Below, piece after piece: positions 27,115-36,968 of a stretch of DNA of 64,000 nt. Made by a program: the position numbers and the translations under genes. The notes below the pieces were generated by a model. The model searched no databases and had not been told where the DNA came from. It saw only the letters and a program-made list of their open reading frames with translations. This stretch comes from an uncultured Clostridia bacterium (lineage in GTDB: Bacteria; Bacillota; Clostridia; Oscillospirales; Ruminococcaceae). Location: assembly GCA_947628615.1 (NCBI GenBank), contig CANRAO010000002.1, positions 51,156 through 115,155 of the forward strand, written 5' to 3'. Numbering within the stretch: the first letter of the stretch is position 1; each line of letters opens with the position of its first letter.

Positions 27115-28122
27115 CTACTCAGTTTTTATTAACCTGATTTTTTCCTTTTGCTTATTATCCTGTATAACTTTAATTTCTATTCCAATGCTTTTAAAAAACT
27201 CTATGTTAGACTTTTTTTGTCCTATAATTTTACTTACAAGCTCGGGTCTTACGCTTACAATTGCTTTTTCTGCTTTTCTGCATTCACATTCAAGCAGTTT
27301 TAAAATCTCATTTTTATAAAGCTCGCTTTCGCATAATTCTCTGAACGCAGGGTGATAAAAACCGCCTATGCAATCCTTTTCAACAACCTCGCTTGCGTGA
27401 AGTCCCAGCTTTATGACTGTTATCCCGTTTTTCTCAAACAACGATAAAATCCGTGCCGATAACTCAACTGCACATTCAAAGCTAAAGGGAACATATTCAC
27501 CGCTTTTGAACATATCTCCAAGACGGGTGTGTTCCATAATTACAACCGGATAGATCCTTGCTTCATCAGGAGACAGCTTCACTATCTCTTGAGCCGTATA
27601 CAAATCAATTTCAGGGGTTGATTTATAAAGTCCTACCATCATCTGTAATCCCAGCCTGAAGCCGTACTCTTTTATCAGTCTTGCTGAGTTTATAACGTCC
27701 TGTCTTGAATGACCACGCTCGTTAGCCGTCAAAACCGTATCGCTCATAGACTGACAGCCCAACTCAATTGTAGTAACGTGGTTATCCTTTAAAAGAGTTA
27801 GAATATCCCTGTCGATATAATCGGGTCTTGTAGAAATTCTTATCCCGCCGAATTTGCCCTTGCCTATAAACGGCTGTGCAGACGACAGAAGTTCATACAT
27901 ATATTCACGGTTTATCGCAGTAAAACTTCCCCCGAAAAATGCAATTTCAGTTTCAGCTCTGTCTGATACAGAAATATCCGTCATTGCCTTGCTTAATGTT
28001 TTTTGTACATCTTCAGCGTGCGGAATATCCGACTGACCTGTAATTGAAGTCTGATTGCAGAAACTGCATTTATGAGGACACCCCATATGAGGAATGAAAA
28101 AAGATATATTACATTTTGCCAT
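27115..28122 (-). CDS. Radical SAM protein (Elp3/MiaB-like domain)
   Basis: MAKCNISFFIPHMGCPHKCSFCNQ carries the CxxxCxxC motif. The start at 28122 overlaps the rnc stop by 14 nt. The ORF track extends to 28185, inside rnc. Confidence 0.8.
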   Translation of the reverse strand: MAKCNISFFIPHMGCPHKCSFCNQTSITGQSDIPHAEDVQKTLSKAMTDISVSDRAETEIAFFGGSFTAINREYMYELLSSAQPFIGKGKFGGIRISTRPDYIDRDILTLLKDNHVTTIELGCQSMSDTVLTANERGHSRQDVINSARLIKEYGFRLGLQMMVGLYKSTPEIDLYTAQEIVKLSPDEARIYPVVIMEHTRLGDMFKSGEYVPFSFECAVELSARILSLFEKNGITVIKLGLHASEVVEKDCIGGFYHPAFRELCESELYKNEILKLLECECRKAEKAIVSVRPELVSKIIGQKKSNIEFFKSIGIEIKVIQDNKQKEKIRLIKTE

Positions 28123-28837
28123 ATCCCATAAGCTCCAAAGCCTCTTTTGCCGCTGTCTGTTCAGCGCTTTTCTTGCTTCTTCCAATACCCTCGCCTATCA
28201 CATTTGAATTAAGCATTACCCTGACAGTAAACTTCTTATCGTGATCCGGACCGCTTTCGGCAACTAAACGATATTCAACGCTTTCCTCAGGATTACGCTG
28301 TATAATTTCCTGAAGCATTGATTTATAGTCATCATTGCTTTCTTTTTTCTCTGTAATAATATCATCAGGCATAAACCTCATAATATGCTTTTTTGCAGCT
28401 TCCAATCCGCCGTCTAAATAAATTGCCGCAATCAAAGCCTCAAAAGCGTCTGAAACAATTGACGGCCGTTCATTTCCGTGACTTCTTATTTCGCCTTTAC
28501 CGAGCAATATAAAATCACTTAATCTTATCTGATCTGCAAACTCAAACAGCGCTTTTTCACAAACTAAAGACGCCCTTACTCTGGTAAGTTCACCCTCCGG
28601 CAAATGCTTAAAATGTCTGTATAAATAATCGGATACGACAATAGATAAAACAGAATCACCTAAAAACTCCAAACGCTCGTTGTTTTTACCGTGCCTTTTC
28701 ATCTCATTTGCATACGAAGAATGTGAAAGCGCTTCATATAAAAGCCTTTGGTTGTTAAACTTATATCCGATAACCTTTTCAAACTCATTAAGCCTGTTTT
28801 CTAAATTCTTTTCTATATTATTATACTGACCTTTCAT
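28109..28837 (-). CDS. rnc: Ribonuclease III
   Basis: RNase III signature ERLEFLGDSVL plus a C-terminal dsRBD (GPDHDKKF..GRSKKSAEQTAAKEAL). Confidence 0.95.
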   Translation of the reverse strand: MKGQYNNIEKNLENRLNEFEKVIGYKFNNQRLLYEALSHSSYANEMKRHGKNNERLEFLGDSVLSIVVSDYLYRHFKHLPEGELTRVRASLVCEKALFEFADQIRLSDFILLGKGEIRSHGNERPSIVSDAFEALIAAIYLDGGLEAAKKHIMRFMPDDIITEKKESNDDYKSMLQEIIQRNPEESVEYRLVAESGPDHDKKFTVRVMLNSNVIGEGIGRSKKSAEQTAAKEALELMGYGKM

Positions 28838-28880
28838 AACTTTTCCTCACACTTATCCTGTTCCTAATTTTTTCTGACGC

Positions 28881-29897
28881 TTATTCAGCCTTATTCTCCT
28901 TTATTTTTTTCATTTTTGCAAGACTTTCGCTGACCTCTCCTATAACATCTTCTTCAGTGAATTTGTATGCTTGTCTTATAGCATTGTAAAACGCTTTCGC
29001 ATTTGAACTGCCATGTGCTTTTATAACAGGCTTTGCCGTTCCCAAAAGAGGCGCTCCACCATACTCTGAATAATCCATCTTCTTCCGGAATTGTTTAACC
29101 TTTTTTAAAAGCAAAAGCGCTGCAATTTTTGACTTCAAATCATCTAAAAGCATTTCTTTAAGCGCCCCTGAGAAGAATTTTCCCAATCCCTCATACAGCT
29201 TGAGCAGCATATTCCCTGTATATCCGTCGGTTACAACAACATCACCAACTCCGTTCGGAATATCTCTTGCCTCTACATTTCCGCAAAAGTTCAAAGGAGC
29301 AGTTTCAAGCAGCTTGTAGGTTTCTATTTCAAGTTCTCTGCCCTTTGAAGATTCCTCGCCGATATTTGCAAGCATAACCTTAGGGTTTTCAACAGACATT
29401 ATCTTGTTCATATAAATGCTCGCCATTACAGCAAACTGAACAAGCATTTCAGGTCTGCAGTCCGAATTTGCACCGGCGTCCAAAAGCATAACAGGGTCTG
29501 CTTTGGTAGGCAATATTGTAGCAAGCGCCGCTCTTTTTATTCCCTTTATTCTCTTTACAATAAAGGTTGCTCCTACAACAAGAGCTCCTGTTGAACCGGC
29601 AGAAACAAAAACATCTCCCTCACCATCTGCAAGCATTTTCAATCCAACTGCCATAGAACAGTCAGCCTTTGATTTAATGATTTCAGTAGGTTCTTCGCAT
29701 ATGTCAATTATACCATCTGCGTGTCTGATTTCAAGAGAAGTTATATCAAGTGAATTTTCAACAGCACATTTTTTTATTTTATCTTTATCGCCAACCAAGC
29801 ATATGTCAGCGTCGAAATCAGATTTAGCTTTAATACTTCCTTTTATAACCTCAAGCGGAGCATTGTCTCCTCCAAAAGCGTCAATAATTATTCTCAT
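28881..29897 (-). CDS. plsX: Phosphate acyltransferase PlsX
   Basis: MRIIIDAFGGDNAP N-terminus and a GTAKPVIKAHGSS motif. The ORF track starts at a TTG two codons upstream. Confidence 0.93.
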   Translation of the reverse strand: MRIIIDAFGGDNAPLEVIKGSIKAKSDFDADICLVGDKDKIKKCAVENSLDITSLEIRHADGIIDICEEPTEIIKSKADCSMAVGLKMLADGEGDVFVSAGSTGALVVGATFIVKRIKGIKRAALATILPTKADPVMLLDAGANSDCRPEMLVQFAVMASIYMNKIMSVENPKVMLANIGEESSKGRELEIETYKLLETAPLNFCGNVEARDIPNGVGDVVVTDGYTGNMLLKLYEGLGKFFSGALKEMLLDDLKSKIAALLLLKKVKQFRKKMDYSEYGGAPLLGTAKPVIKAHGSSNAKAFYNAIRQAYKFTEEDVIGEVSESLAKMKKIKENKAE

Positions 29898-29951
29898 AAT
29901 CAAACTTGCTCCACAAAGAGCATTTTCCCCCCGACCTTTTAAATAATTTTG

Positions 29952-31286
29952 TTACAATATACTTTTCAATTTATTAAGTCCTCTTAATGCAATCTGCTTA
30001 TATCTTTCTTTTTTGTCTCTGATTTTCTCTTCAAGTGGCGGAAGTATACCCATATTAGCGCCCATAGGCTGAAAATTCACAACATTTTCATCACTTATGT
30101 ATTTTGATAAAGCGCCAAGCATAGATTCCCTTGGTAGAGATATCATATCATTACCCTCAAGCCGTCTTAGCATATTTATTCCGGCTAAGATTCCGCTTGC
30201 GGCAGACTCAATATACCCCTCAACGCCTGTTATCTGACCAGCAAAGAATATATTACTGTGTTCACGCATATTAAAATGCTCATTAAGCAGCTTAGGTGAA
30301 TTGATAAAAGTATTTCTGTGCATTACACCGTATCTCATAAACTCTGCATTTTCCAGACCCGGTATAAGCGAGAAAACCCTTTTCTGTTCGCCGAATTTTA
30401 AATTAGTCTGAAAACCAACCATATTATAAAGAGTTCCTTCACGGTTTTCAGCTCTGAGCTGAACAACTGCATACGGTCGCTTTCCCGTATGGGGATCGGT
30501 AAGTCCCACAGGCTTCAGAGGACCAAAACGCATAGAATCCTCCCCTCTGCCTGCCAGAACCTCAATAGGCATACACCCCTCGTAAACTTTGAACTTATCC
30601 TTTCCTTTAGGCTTGTTATCTCCTATGCTTTCCTTTTCAAAATCTTTAAGCTCTACAGATTCGGCTTGAATAAGCTCATTGTAAAAAGCTGTATACTCCT
30701 TACGATCCATAGGGCAGTTTATATAATCTGCCTCGCCCTTTCCGTATCGGGAAGCGAAAAACACCTTTCCCTTATCAAGACTTTCATAAGTAACAATAGG
30801 CGCCGCCGCATCGTGAAAGTATAAACAGCCTCCGCAGAACCTTTTAATTGACTCAGCCAAACCGTCTGACGTCAACGGACCTGTGGCAATTATTACATTC
30901 TTATCAAGAGGAATATCACAAACCTCTTCATTTATGACGTTGATATTAGGATGCGAATTTATCCGCTCTGTTATAAAATCTGAAAATTTCTCTCGGTCAA
31001 CGGCTAATGCTCCTCCTGCCGAAACTCTGTTCTCCCTTGCAGATTCCATAGTCAAAGAACCCAGTATACGCATTTCCTCTTTAAGCATTCCGGCTGCAGA
31101 CTCAACTCTGTCCGCCTTTAAAGAATTTGAGCATACAAGCTCGGCATAACCGTTATATTTGTGTGCAGGAGAAAACTTTTTCGGTTTCATTTCATAAAGC
31201 CTGACATTTACTCCGCCCTCGGCAAGAGTATAAGCTGCTTCAACACCTGCAAGACCTGCACCGATAACTGTTACCTCTTTATTCAT
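29952..31286 (-). CDS. trmFO: Methylenetetrahydrofolate--tRNA-(uracil-5-)-methyltransferase TrmFO
   Basis: MNKEVTVIGAGLAGVEAA FAD-binding N-terminus. AAAGGA RBS 8 nt before the ATG at 31286, which overlaps the topA stop by 8 nt. Confidence 0.9.
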   Translation of the reverse strand: MNKEVTVIGAGLAGVEAAYTLAEGGVNVRLYEMKPKKFSPAHKYNGYAELVCSNSLKADRVESAAGMLKEEMRILGSLTMESARENRVSAGGALAVDREKFSDFITERINSHPNINVINEEVCDIPLDKNVIIATGPLTSDGLAESIKRFCGGCLYFHDAAAPIVTYESLDKGKVFFASRYGKGEADYINCPMDRKEYTAFYNELIQAESVELKDFEKESIGDNKPKGKDKFKVYEGCMPIEVLAGRGEDSMRFGPLKPVGLTDPHTGKRPYAVVQLRAENREGTLYNMVGFQTNLKFGEQKRVFSLIPGLENAEFMRYGVMHRNTFINSPKLLNEHFNMREHSNIFFAGQITGVEGYIESAASGILAGINMLRRLEGNDMISLPRESMLGALSKYISDENVVNFQPMGANMGILPPLEEKIRDKKERYKQIALRGLNKLKSIL

Positions 31287-33360
31287 TTGACAAGTCCTTT
31301 TCATAGCCGCAATCTGGCTTATGACAGATAAGTTTGCCTCTCTTACCGCCCTTTTGAAATAAAGTAGAACCGCAGTCAGGACATTTTTCAGCAGTAGGAA
31401 TATCCCAAGTCATAAACTCACATTCGGGGTTTCTCTCACAGCCGAAATACTTTTTGCCCCGTTTTGACTTTTTCTCAAGAACCTTTTTACCGCAGTATGG
31501 GCATACTCCGTCTGTTTCTATAACTATCTTCTTTGTATTTGTGCACTCGGGGAATCCCGAGCAGGCTAAAAATTTTCCGAACCTGCCGATCTTTATGACC
31601 ATCGGCTTCCCGCATACATCGCATATCTGGTCCGTTTGCTCGTCTGGAATTTTGACCCTTTTTCCCTCCATTACCTCTTCCGCAGCAGCAAGAGATTTAT
31701 CAAAATCCTTATAGAACCTATCTAACGTCTTTGTCCATTCTCTTTTACCCTCTTCAACGTCGTCAAGGTCGTTTTCCATTCTGGCTGTGAATTTCAAATC
31801 TACTATTCTGTTGAAATGTTCAAGCATAAGGTTTGTTGTTACCTCACCCAGAACAGTAGGCTTGATCTGCTTTCCCTCACGCTCAACATAATTTCTGTCA
31901 AGAATGGTCTTAATAGTCGAAGCGTAGGTCGAAGGACGTCCTATGCCGTTTTCTTCAAAAGCCTTTACCAAAGTTCCCTCAGTATACCTTGCAGGAGGCT
32001 GTGTAAAATGCTGATTACCCTCAAGCGATTTCACATTCAGCTTATCGCCCTTTGAAAGCTCAGGCAGAATTTTCTTTGCGTCATCCTTAGACGTATCATC
32101 ATAAATTACCGTAAATCCGTCAAATTTAACGGTATGCCCGGAAGCCTTAAAAATACATCCGTCAGCGTCAATATCAACGGCAACTGTATTCAAAAGGCAA
32201 TTTTCCATCTGACTTGCAATAAAACGCTCCCAAATCAGTTTATACAGTCTGTACTGATCATTGGTTACACCGCTTTGCTTTACCTGTTCAGGCGTAAGCG
32301 ACGGAATTGTAGGTCTTATTGCCTCGTGTGCATCTTGTGCATTGCCTCTGGTTTTGAATTCCTTAGGCTTTGCAGGAATATATTCCTTACCGAATTTTTC
32401 CTCTATAAACTTATGTGCATTTGCCCTTGCCTCATCTGAAATTCTCATGCTGTCTGTTCTCATATAGGTTATAAGTCCTACAAGTCCCTGTCCCTTAATA
32501 TCAACGCCCTCATAAAGCTCCTGAGCGGTTCTCATTGTTCTTGTAGTCTGAAAGCCCAGTCTTTTTGAAGCGTCCTGCTGAAGCGTAGATGTAGTAAACG
32601 GTGCCTGCGGAGTTTTCTTTCTCACGCTCTTTTTTATATTAGCAACAGCAAATTCAGCATTTTTCAGCCTTTCAACAAGCTCGTCAACAGGAACATGATT
32701 ATCTGCTTCAAATTTTTTACCGTCCACTGTTGACAATGAAGCGTCAAACGCTTTTCTTGAACCCACAGGACACAGCTTAGCGTCAATCGACCAGTATTCC
32801 TGAGAAACAAAGTTTTTTATTTCATTTTCACGGTCAACTATCATTCTTACAGCTGCCGACTGAACACGTCCTGCCGAAAGACCTCGTCTTACCTTTTTCC
32901 ACAAAAACGGTGACAGCTTATATCCTACTATTCTGTCGAGTATTCTTCTTGCCTGCTGTGCATTGACCTTGTTCAAATCAATAGTTCTCGGTGATTTGAT
33001 TCCTGCATCTATACCTGACTTTGTTATCTCATTAAAGGTTATTCTGTTGTTATCATTCAGGTTAAGATTTAAAATATTTGCCAAGTGCCACGAAATAGCC
33101 TCGCCCTCTCTATCCGGGTCGGCGGCAAGATATACGTTATCGGCTTTTTTTGCCTTTCTCTTTATTTCTGAAATGATTTTTTCTTTTCCCTTAATATCGC
33201 AATACTCGGGCTTGAAATCATGTTCAATGTCAACCCCGATCTTAGATTTGGGCAAATCACGCAGATGCCCCATAGAAGCGATTACCTCATAGTCGCCTTT
33301 TAAGTATCTCTTTATTGTTTCTACCTTTTTAGGCGACTCAACTATAATAAGATTAGACAT
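31279..33360 (-). CDS. topA: DNA topoisomerase I
   Basis: TOPRIM N-terminus MSNLIIVESPKKVETIKRYL, active-site region ITYMRTDS, and C-terminal CxxC zinc ribbons. Confidence 0.95.
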   Translation of the reverse strand: MSNLIIVESPKKVETIKRYLKGDYEVIASMGHLRDLPKSKIGVDIEHDFKPEYCDIKGKEKIISEIKRKAKKADNVYLAADPDREGEAISWHLANILNLNLNDNNRITFNEITKSGIDAGIKSPRTIDLNKVNAQQARRILDRIVGYKLSPFLWKKVRRGLSAGRVQSAAVRMIVDRENEIKNFVSQEYWSIDAKLCPVGSRKAFDASLSTVDGKKFEADNHVPVDELVERLKNAEFAVANIKKSVRKKTPQAPFTTSTLQQDASKRLGFQTTRTMRTAQELYEGVDIKGQGLVGLITYMRTDSMRISDEARANAHKFIEEKFGKEYIPAKPKEFKTRGNAQDAHEAIRPTIPSLTPEQVKQSGVTNDQYRLYKLIWERFIASQMENCLLNTVAVDIDADGCIFKASGHTVKFDGFTVIYDDTSKDDAKKILPELSKGDKLNVKSLEGNQHFTQPPARYTEGTLVKAFEENGIGRPSTYASTIKTILDRNYVEREGKQIKPTVLGEVTTNLMLEHFNRIVDLKFTARMENDLDDVEEGKREWTKTLDRFYKDFDKSLAAAEEVMEGKRVKIPDEQTDQICDVCGKPMVIKIGRFGKFLACSGFPECTNTKKIVIETDGVCPYCGKKVLEKKSKRGKKYFGCERNPECEFMTWDIPTAEKCPDCGSTLFQKGGKRGKLICHKPDCGYEKDLSNE

Positions 33361-33404
33361 ACTAATCCACCATACCTTTCTTCTGTTTGCAAGCTAGCAG
33401 TCAT

Positions 33405-34742
33405 TTACGAAAGCATATATCTCTTTCCCGAAAGCGATTTAACAATTCCCAAAAGCTCAAGCTCGGTAAGCTCTACAAATAGCGTCGATATATCCAAAGA
33501 AAGCTTTTCACATAGCTGATCAACGTGCATTGCACCGAAAGATAGCTCATCATAAATTCTCTTTTGGATTTCGCTCAGATCAGAAGTATCAACATATGTT
33601 GCAGTTATACTTAGTGTTTTGCCTTCATCAGTTTCATTCGCAAGCTGATCAAGCTCGCTGTTCATTTCCCTGACTGACCTTGAGCCTGTGCTTTTTTGCT
33701 TTGACGAGCTTGTTGAACTTTCCCTGCTGTCTGAATTTTTAAACTTGCGTTCTATTGAAATTAATTCCGCATTGTTCGGAATAAAATTTAATTTGTGCGA
33801 AAAATTGCTTATATATTCATTAGAAATATCCTCACTTGTAAAGACAGGTACAGCACCGTCTTTAAGCAAATTCACCTGACCGAAATAACGCTTGTCGAAA
33901 ATATTATGCGGAACAATCGTAAATATATCCTTTCCCTGATTAAGAGCTATCGACGCTGTGCTTAACGCTCCGCTTCTCTCACTGGCTTCAATTACAAACA
34001 CACCCATACTAATTCCTGCAAGCAGTCTGTTTCTCGCAACAAAGTCCTTAGACCTTGGCTTGTGGTTCGGAAAATATTCTGATATGACCGCACCGCATTT
34101 CCCTATCGACATTTTAAGCGACTTAGTTCCGGCAGGATAATCATATTCTAATCCACAGGCTAATACAGCCGCTGACTTCTCATTTTCCTCAATAGATACT
34201 TCATTAGCAAGCGAATCAACTCCCACCGCAAAACCACTTGCAAAGCGTATGCCCTTTCTGAGAATTGACTTGAGTAATACCTTTTCAGCATTAAGGCTGT
34301 ATGCTGAAGCGTCTCTCGCTCCGACTACTGATATTATAACCCTTTCATTCAGAAAACTCAAATCGCCCAGCGAAAACAATATAGACGGCGGATTTGATAT
34401 TTCTTTCAGCATCTGAGGGTAATCTTCATCTTCGTAGCAATATATATTTATGCCTTTCTGTTCACAATATGCTATCGTCTGTTCAGCAGTAAACATAGAC
34501 GCTGATTTTACAGAATCTTTCTCTCTGCTCAAGAGACCTTGCGGAAGTCTGCCGTTTGACACATCCTCGTAAAAATCAACGATACTGTTATATCCCTTTA
34601 ATACCTCCCACTTTCTGGGATTTGCAGGACCGAAGGCAATAGTAAGCCATATCCAGTACTTTAAATTTTCACTTCTGTTTTCTGTCAAAGTCATCGCCTC
34701 TTCTAAATTTCTGTCAAACCTTATATCTTTGTCATTTCCCAC
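33405..34742 (-). CDS. dprA: DNA-processing protein DprA
   Basis: DprA Rossmann-like core (VVGARDASAYS..GFAVGVDSLA..SGALSTASIALNQGKDIF). The start is uncertain: GTG at 34742 (ORF track) or ATG at 34694 (MTLTENRS..). Confidence 0.85.
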   Translation of the reverse strand: MGNDKDIRFDRNLEEAMTLTENRSENLKYWIWLTIAFGPANPRKWEVLKGYNSIVDFYEDVSNGRLPQGLLSREKDSVKSASMFTAEQTIAYCEQKGINIYCYEDEDYPQMLKEISNPPSILFSLGDLSFLNERVIISVVGARDASAYSLNAEKVLLKSILRKGIRFASGFAVGVDSLANEVSIEENEKSAAVLACGLEYDYPAGTKSLKMSIGKCGAVISEYFPNHKPRSKDFVARNRLLAGISMGVFVIEASERSGALSTASIALNQGKDIFTIVPHNIFDKRYFGQVNLLKDGAVPVFTSEDISNEYISNFSHKLNFIPNNAELISIERKFKNSDSRESSTSSSKQKSTGSRSVREMNSELDQLANETDEGKTLSITATYVDTSDLSEIQKRIYDELSFGAMHVDQLCEKLSLDISTLFVELTELELLGIVKSLSGKRYMLS

Positions 34743-35497
34743 ATTAAAATTGCCGCCGCAATTCCTGCATTCAGAGAATTAATATTCCCGTTCATTTCTA
34801 TGGTAACACATTTATCGCAAAGGGTTATATGCTCGTCCTTTAAACCATTACCCTCGTTTCCTATAACTATCGCCGCATTCTCATCAAACTCAACCGAATA
34901 TATTTCGCTAGCCTGCTTTGAAACAACCGCCGCATAGGTTTTTATGCCCTGTTCCTTTAAAATTCTGCAAACATTGCAAAATTCACTTTCGATATATATA
35001 TTCAGCCTGAATAAACTCCCCATCGTCGAACGTACAACTTTCGGATTATACAAATCACAGCAATTTTCGCAAAGTATAACACCGGATATACCCACAGCGT
35101 CGGCAGTTCTGAGGATAGTGCCAAGATTGCCCGGATCCTGAATGTTATTCAAAACTACATATTTCCCTTTCAAATTCTGACTGCATAAAGACTTGTTTTC
35201 GCTCTTGTTGACTATGGCAAACACGCCCTGATCTGACTTGGTATTGCTTAGCCTTTTAGCAACCCCATCGCTGATAAGCAACGTTTTATCAGTATATTCC
35301 TTTAAAAAATCCTTATTCTTTTCAAATGCTGTTTCTGTTGCAAAGATGTGTTGAATATCAGATCTTTCTAAAACAGCGTCTTTAATAAGCCTGCTTCCCT
35401 CAAGGGTGAATTGATTATGCTCATCACGAGCTTTTTTACTTTCCGACAACTTTATATACAGCTTTACATTTGAGTTTTCATTACTTGTAATAAGCAT
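34721..35497 (-). CDS. TrmH/SpoU-family RNA 2'-O-methyltransferase
   Basis: SpoU methylase motifs: LNNIQDPGNLGTILRTADA, VIGNEGNGL, SLNAGIAAAILMWE. Confidence 0.85.
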   Translation of the reverse strand: MLITSNENSNVKLYIKLSESKKARDEHNQFTLEGSRLIKDAVLERSDIQHIFATETAFEKNKDFLKEYTDKTLLISDGVAKRLSNTKSDQGVFAIVNKSENKSLCSQNLKGKYVVLNNIQDPGNLGTILRTADAVGISGVILCENCCDLYNPKVVRSTMGSLFRLNIYIESEFCNVCRILKEQGIKTYAAVVSKQASEIYSVEFDENAAIVIGNEGNGLKDEHITLCDKCVTIEMNGNINSLNAGIAAAILMWEMTKI

Positions 35498-35545
35498 AAA
35501 ATCCCCTTATTTAATACAACTTTTAACATTTCATATAAACAACAA

Positions 35546-35576
35546 AACACGCCGGAGCATTTCCACTCAGCGTGTT
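35546..35576 (-). terminator. Intrinsic terminator of the infC-rpmI-rplT operon
   Basis: aacacgc/gcgtgtt stem followed by ttgttgttt on the minus strand, just after the rplT stop. Confidence 0.6.
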
Positions 35577-35583
35577 GATTTGT

Positions 35584-35940
35584 TTAGTTAAGAGCAGCCT
35601 TTGCCTGCTCAACTATCGATTTGAAACCCTCCGGGTCGCTGATTGCGATTTCTGAAAGCATCTTTCTGTTCAATGTAATTCCGGCTTTTTTAACACCGTT
35701 CATAAACTGTGAATAGTTGATACCGTTTATTTTGCATGCAGCAGAAATTCTTGTGATCCACAGTTTTCTAAACTCTCTCTTCTTCTGCCTTCTTCCGATA
35801 TACGCATATTGTCCCGACTTCATTACGGCTTCCTTGGCCATTTTGAAGTGTTTGCTCTTTGCTCCCCAGTAACCTTTTGCAAGTTTCAGAGTCTTATTTC
35901 TTCTCTTTCGAGTCATCATTGCTCCCTTTACACGAGCCAT
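35584..35940 (-). CDS. rplT: 50S ribosomal protein L20
   Basis: [29 protein letters not shown].. is a canonical L20 N-terminus. Confidence 0.97.
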   Translation of the reverse strand: MARVKGAMMTRKRRNKTLKLAKGYWGAKSKHFKMAKEAVMKSGQYAYIGRRQKKREFRKLWITRISAACKINGINYSQFMNGVKKAGITLNRKMLSEIAISDPEGFKSIVEQAKAALN

Positions 35941-35989
35941 AGTAAATTCCTCCTAGTTTTTATTAATTTCATCAATTCCCTATACTCGT

Positions 35990-36187
35990 TTATTTGTAAG
36001 GGATAAGCTCTCTCAGATTCTTCTGATCTGCTGCTGAAGCATATGCAGAATTACGAGTTTGTCTTGCCTTCTTATGACCTTTTTGGATCAGTCTGTGGCT
36101 CTTGTTAGTACGCATATACTTAACCTTTCCAGAGCCTGTTACCTTAAAACGCTTTTTAGCGCCTGAGTGTGTTTTCATCTTAGGCAT
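35990..36187 (-). CDS. rpmI: 50S ribosomal protein L35
   Basis: MPKMKTHSGAKKRFKVTGSGKVK.. is a canonical L35 sequence. Confidence 0.97.
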   Translation of the reverse strand: MPKMKTHSGAKKRFKVTGSGKVKYMRTNKSHRLIQKGHKKARQTRNSAYASAADQKNLRELIPYK

Positions 36188-36226
36188 AATTTTTCCTCCT
36201 TAATAAGAATTACTTTAGTAAATCTT

Positions 36227-36748
36227 TTACTTATTTGTCTTTGGATTGACGAACATAACTAAACTCCGTCCCTCCATTTTAGGTTTTTTATCAACTGTTC
36301 CATACTCTGATACAGCTTCTTTGAATCTCTCTAGCAACTCCTCGCCAAGATGCGGATGTGCAACCGCACGCTTTCTGAAACGCACTGAAACCTTCAGTTT
36401 ATCGCCTGATTTCAAAAACTTTATAGCCTGATTAGCCTTTGTTTCAAAATCATGAGTGTCAATAGTGGAAGACATTCTAACTTCCTTGACCTCTACAACC
36501 TTCTGATTCTTTCTTGCTTCCTTTTCTTTCTTAGCCTGTTCAAAGCAATATTTTCCGTAGTCCATTATCTTACATACAGGCGGCTTTGCCGTAGGTGCAA
36601 TTTTTACAAGGTCCAAGTCCTTTTCATACGCAACCCTCTGAGCTTCCTTGCCTGACACTATACCAAGCTGACTTCCGTCTTCTCCGATAAGTCTGACTTC
36701 CTTATCGGTAATTGCTTCATTGATTTGGGTATCAACTTTGTTGCTAAT
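36227..36748 (-). CDS. infC: Translation initiation factor IF-3 (non-AUG start)
   Basis: IF-3 sequence ..INEAITDKEVRLIGEDGSQLGIV... GGAGGTG precedes in-frame ATC (36751) and ATT (36748). The ORF-track extension to 36847 runs through the leader attenuator hairpin. Confidence 0.9.
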   Translation of the reverse strand: MSNKVDTQINEAITDKEVRLIGEDGSQLGIVSGKEAQRVAYEKDLDLVKIAPTAKPPVCKIMDYGKYCFEQAKKEKEARKNQKVVEVKEVRMSSTIDTHDFETKANQAIKFLKSGDKLKVSVRFRKRAVAHPHLGEELLERFKEAVSEYGTVDKKPKMEGRSLVMFVNPKTNK

Positions 36749-36751
36749 GAT

Positions 36752-36915
36752 AAAACACCTCCGTAAATTTACTAAAAGTATATTCCCAATAAAATATGAG
36801 TGCAGAAACAATATTCCGCACTCATACAATAAACAGCATAGCTGCAATTAACTGTATTGACCTTTTCACTGATTCGCTTAAGGTGAGAACGGAGTTCTGC
36901 TTTACTTACCACGTT
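36752..36915 (-). promoter_or_regulatory. L20-leader-like 5' leader of infC with an attenuator hairpin
   Basis: ~165-nt leader between the promoter and the infC RBS. Hairpin tatgagtgcggaatattgtttctgcactcata at 36795-36826 is followed by ttttatt on the minus strand. Its position matches the Firmicute L20 leader. Confidence 0.5.
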
Positions 36916-36944
36916 ATTATACACATAAATTTTTGCTTTGTCAA
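36916..36944 (-). promoter_or_regulatory. Consensus sigma-A promoter of the infC operon (TTGACA-17-TATAAT)
   Basis: Minus strand reads TTGACAaagcaaaaatttatgtgTATAAT. Confidence 0.75.
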
Positions 36945-36968
36945 GCACTTTTTAAAAAAATTTCTAAA

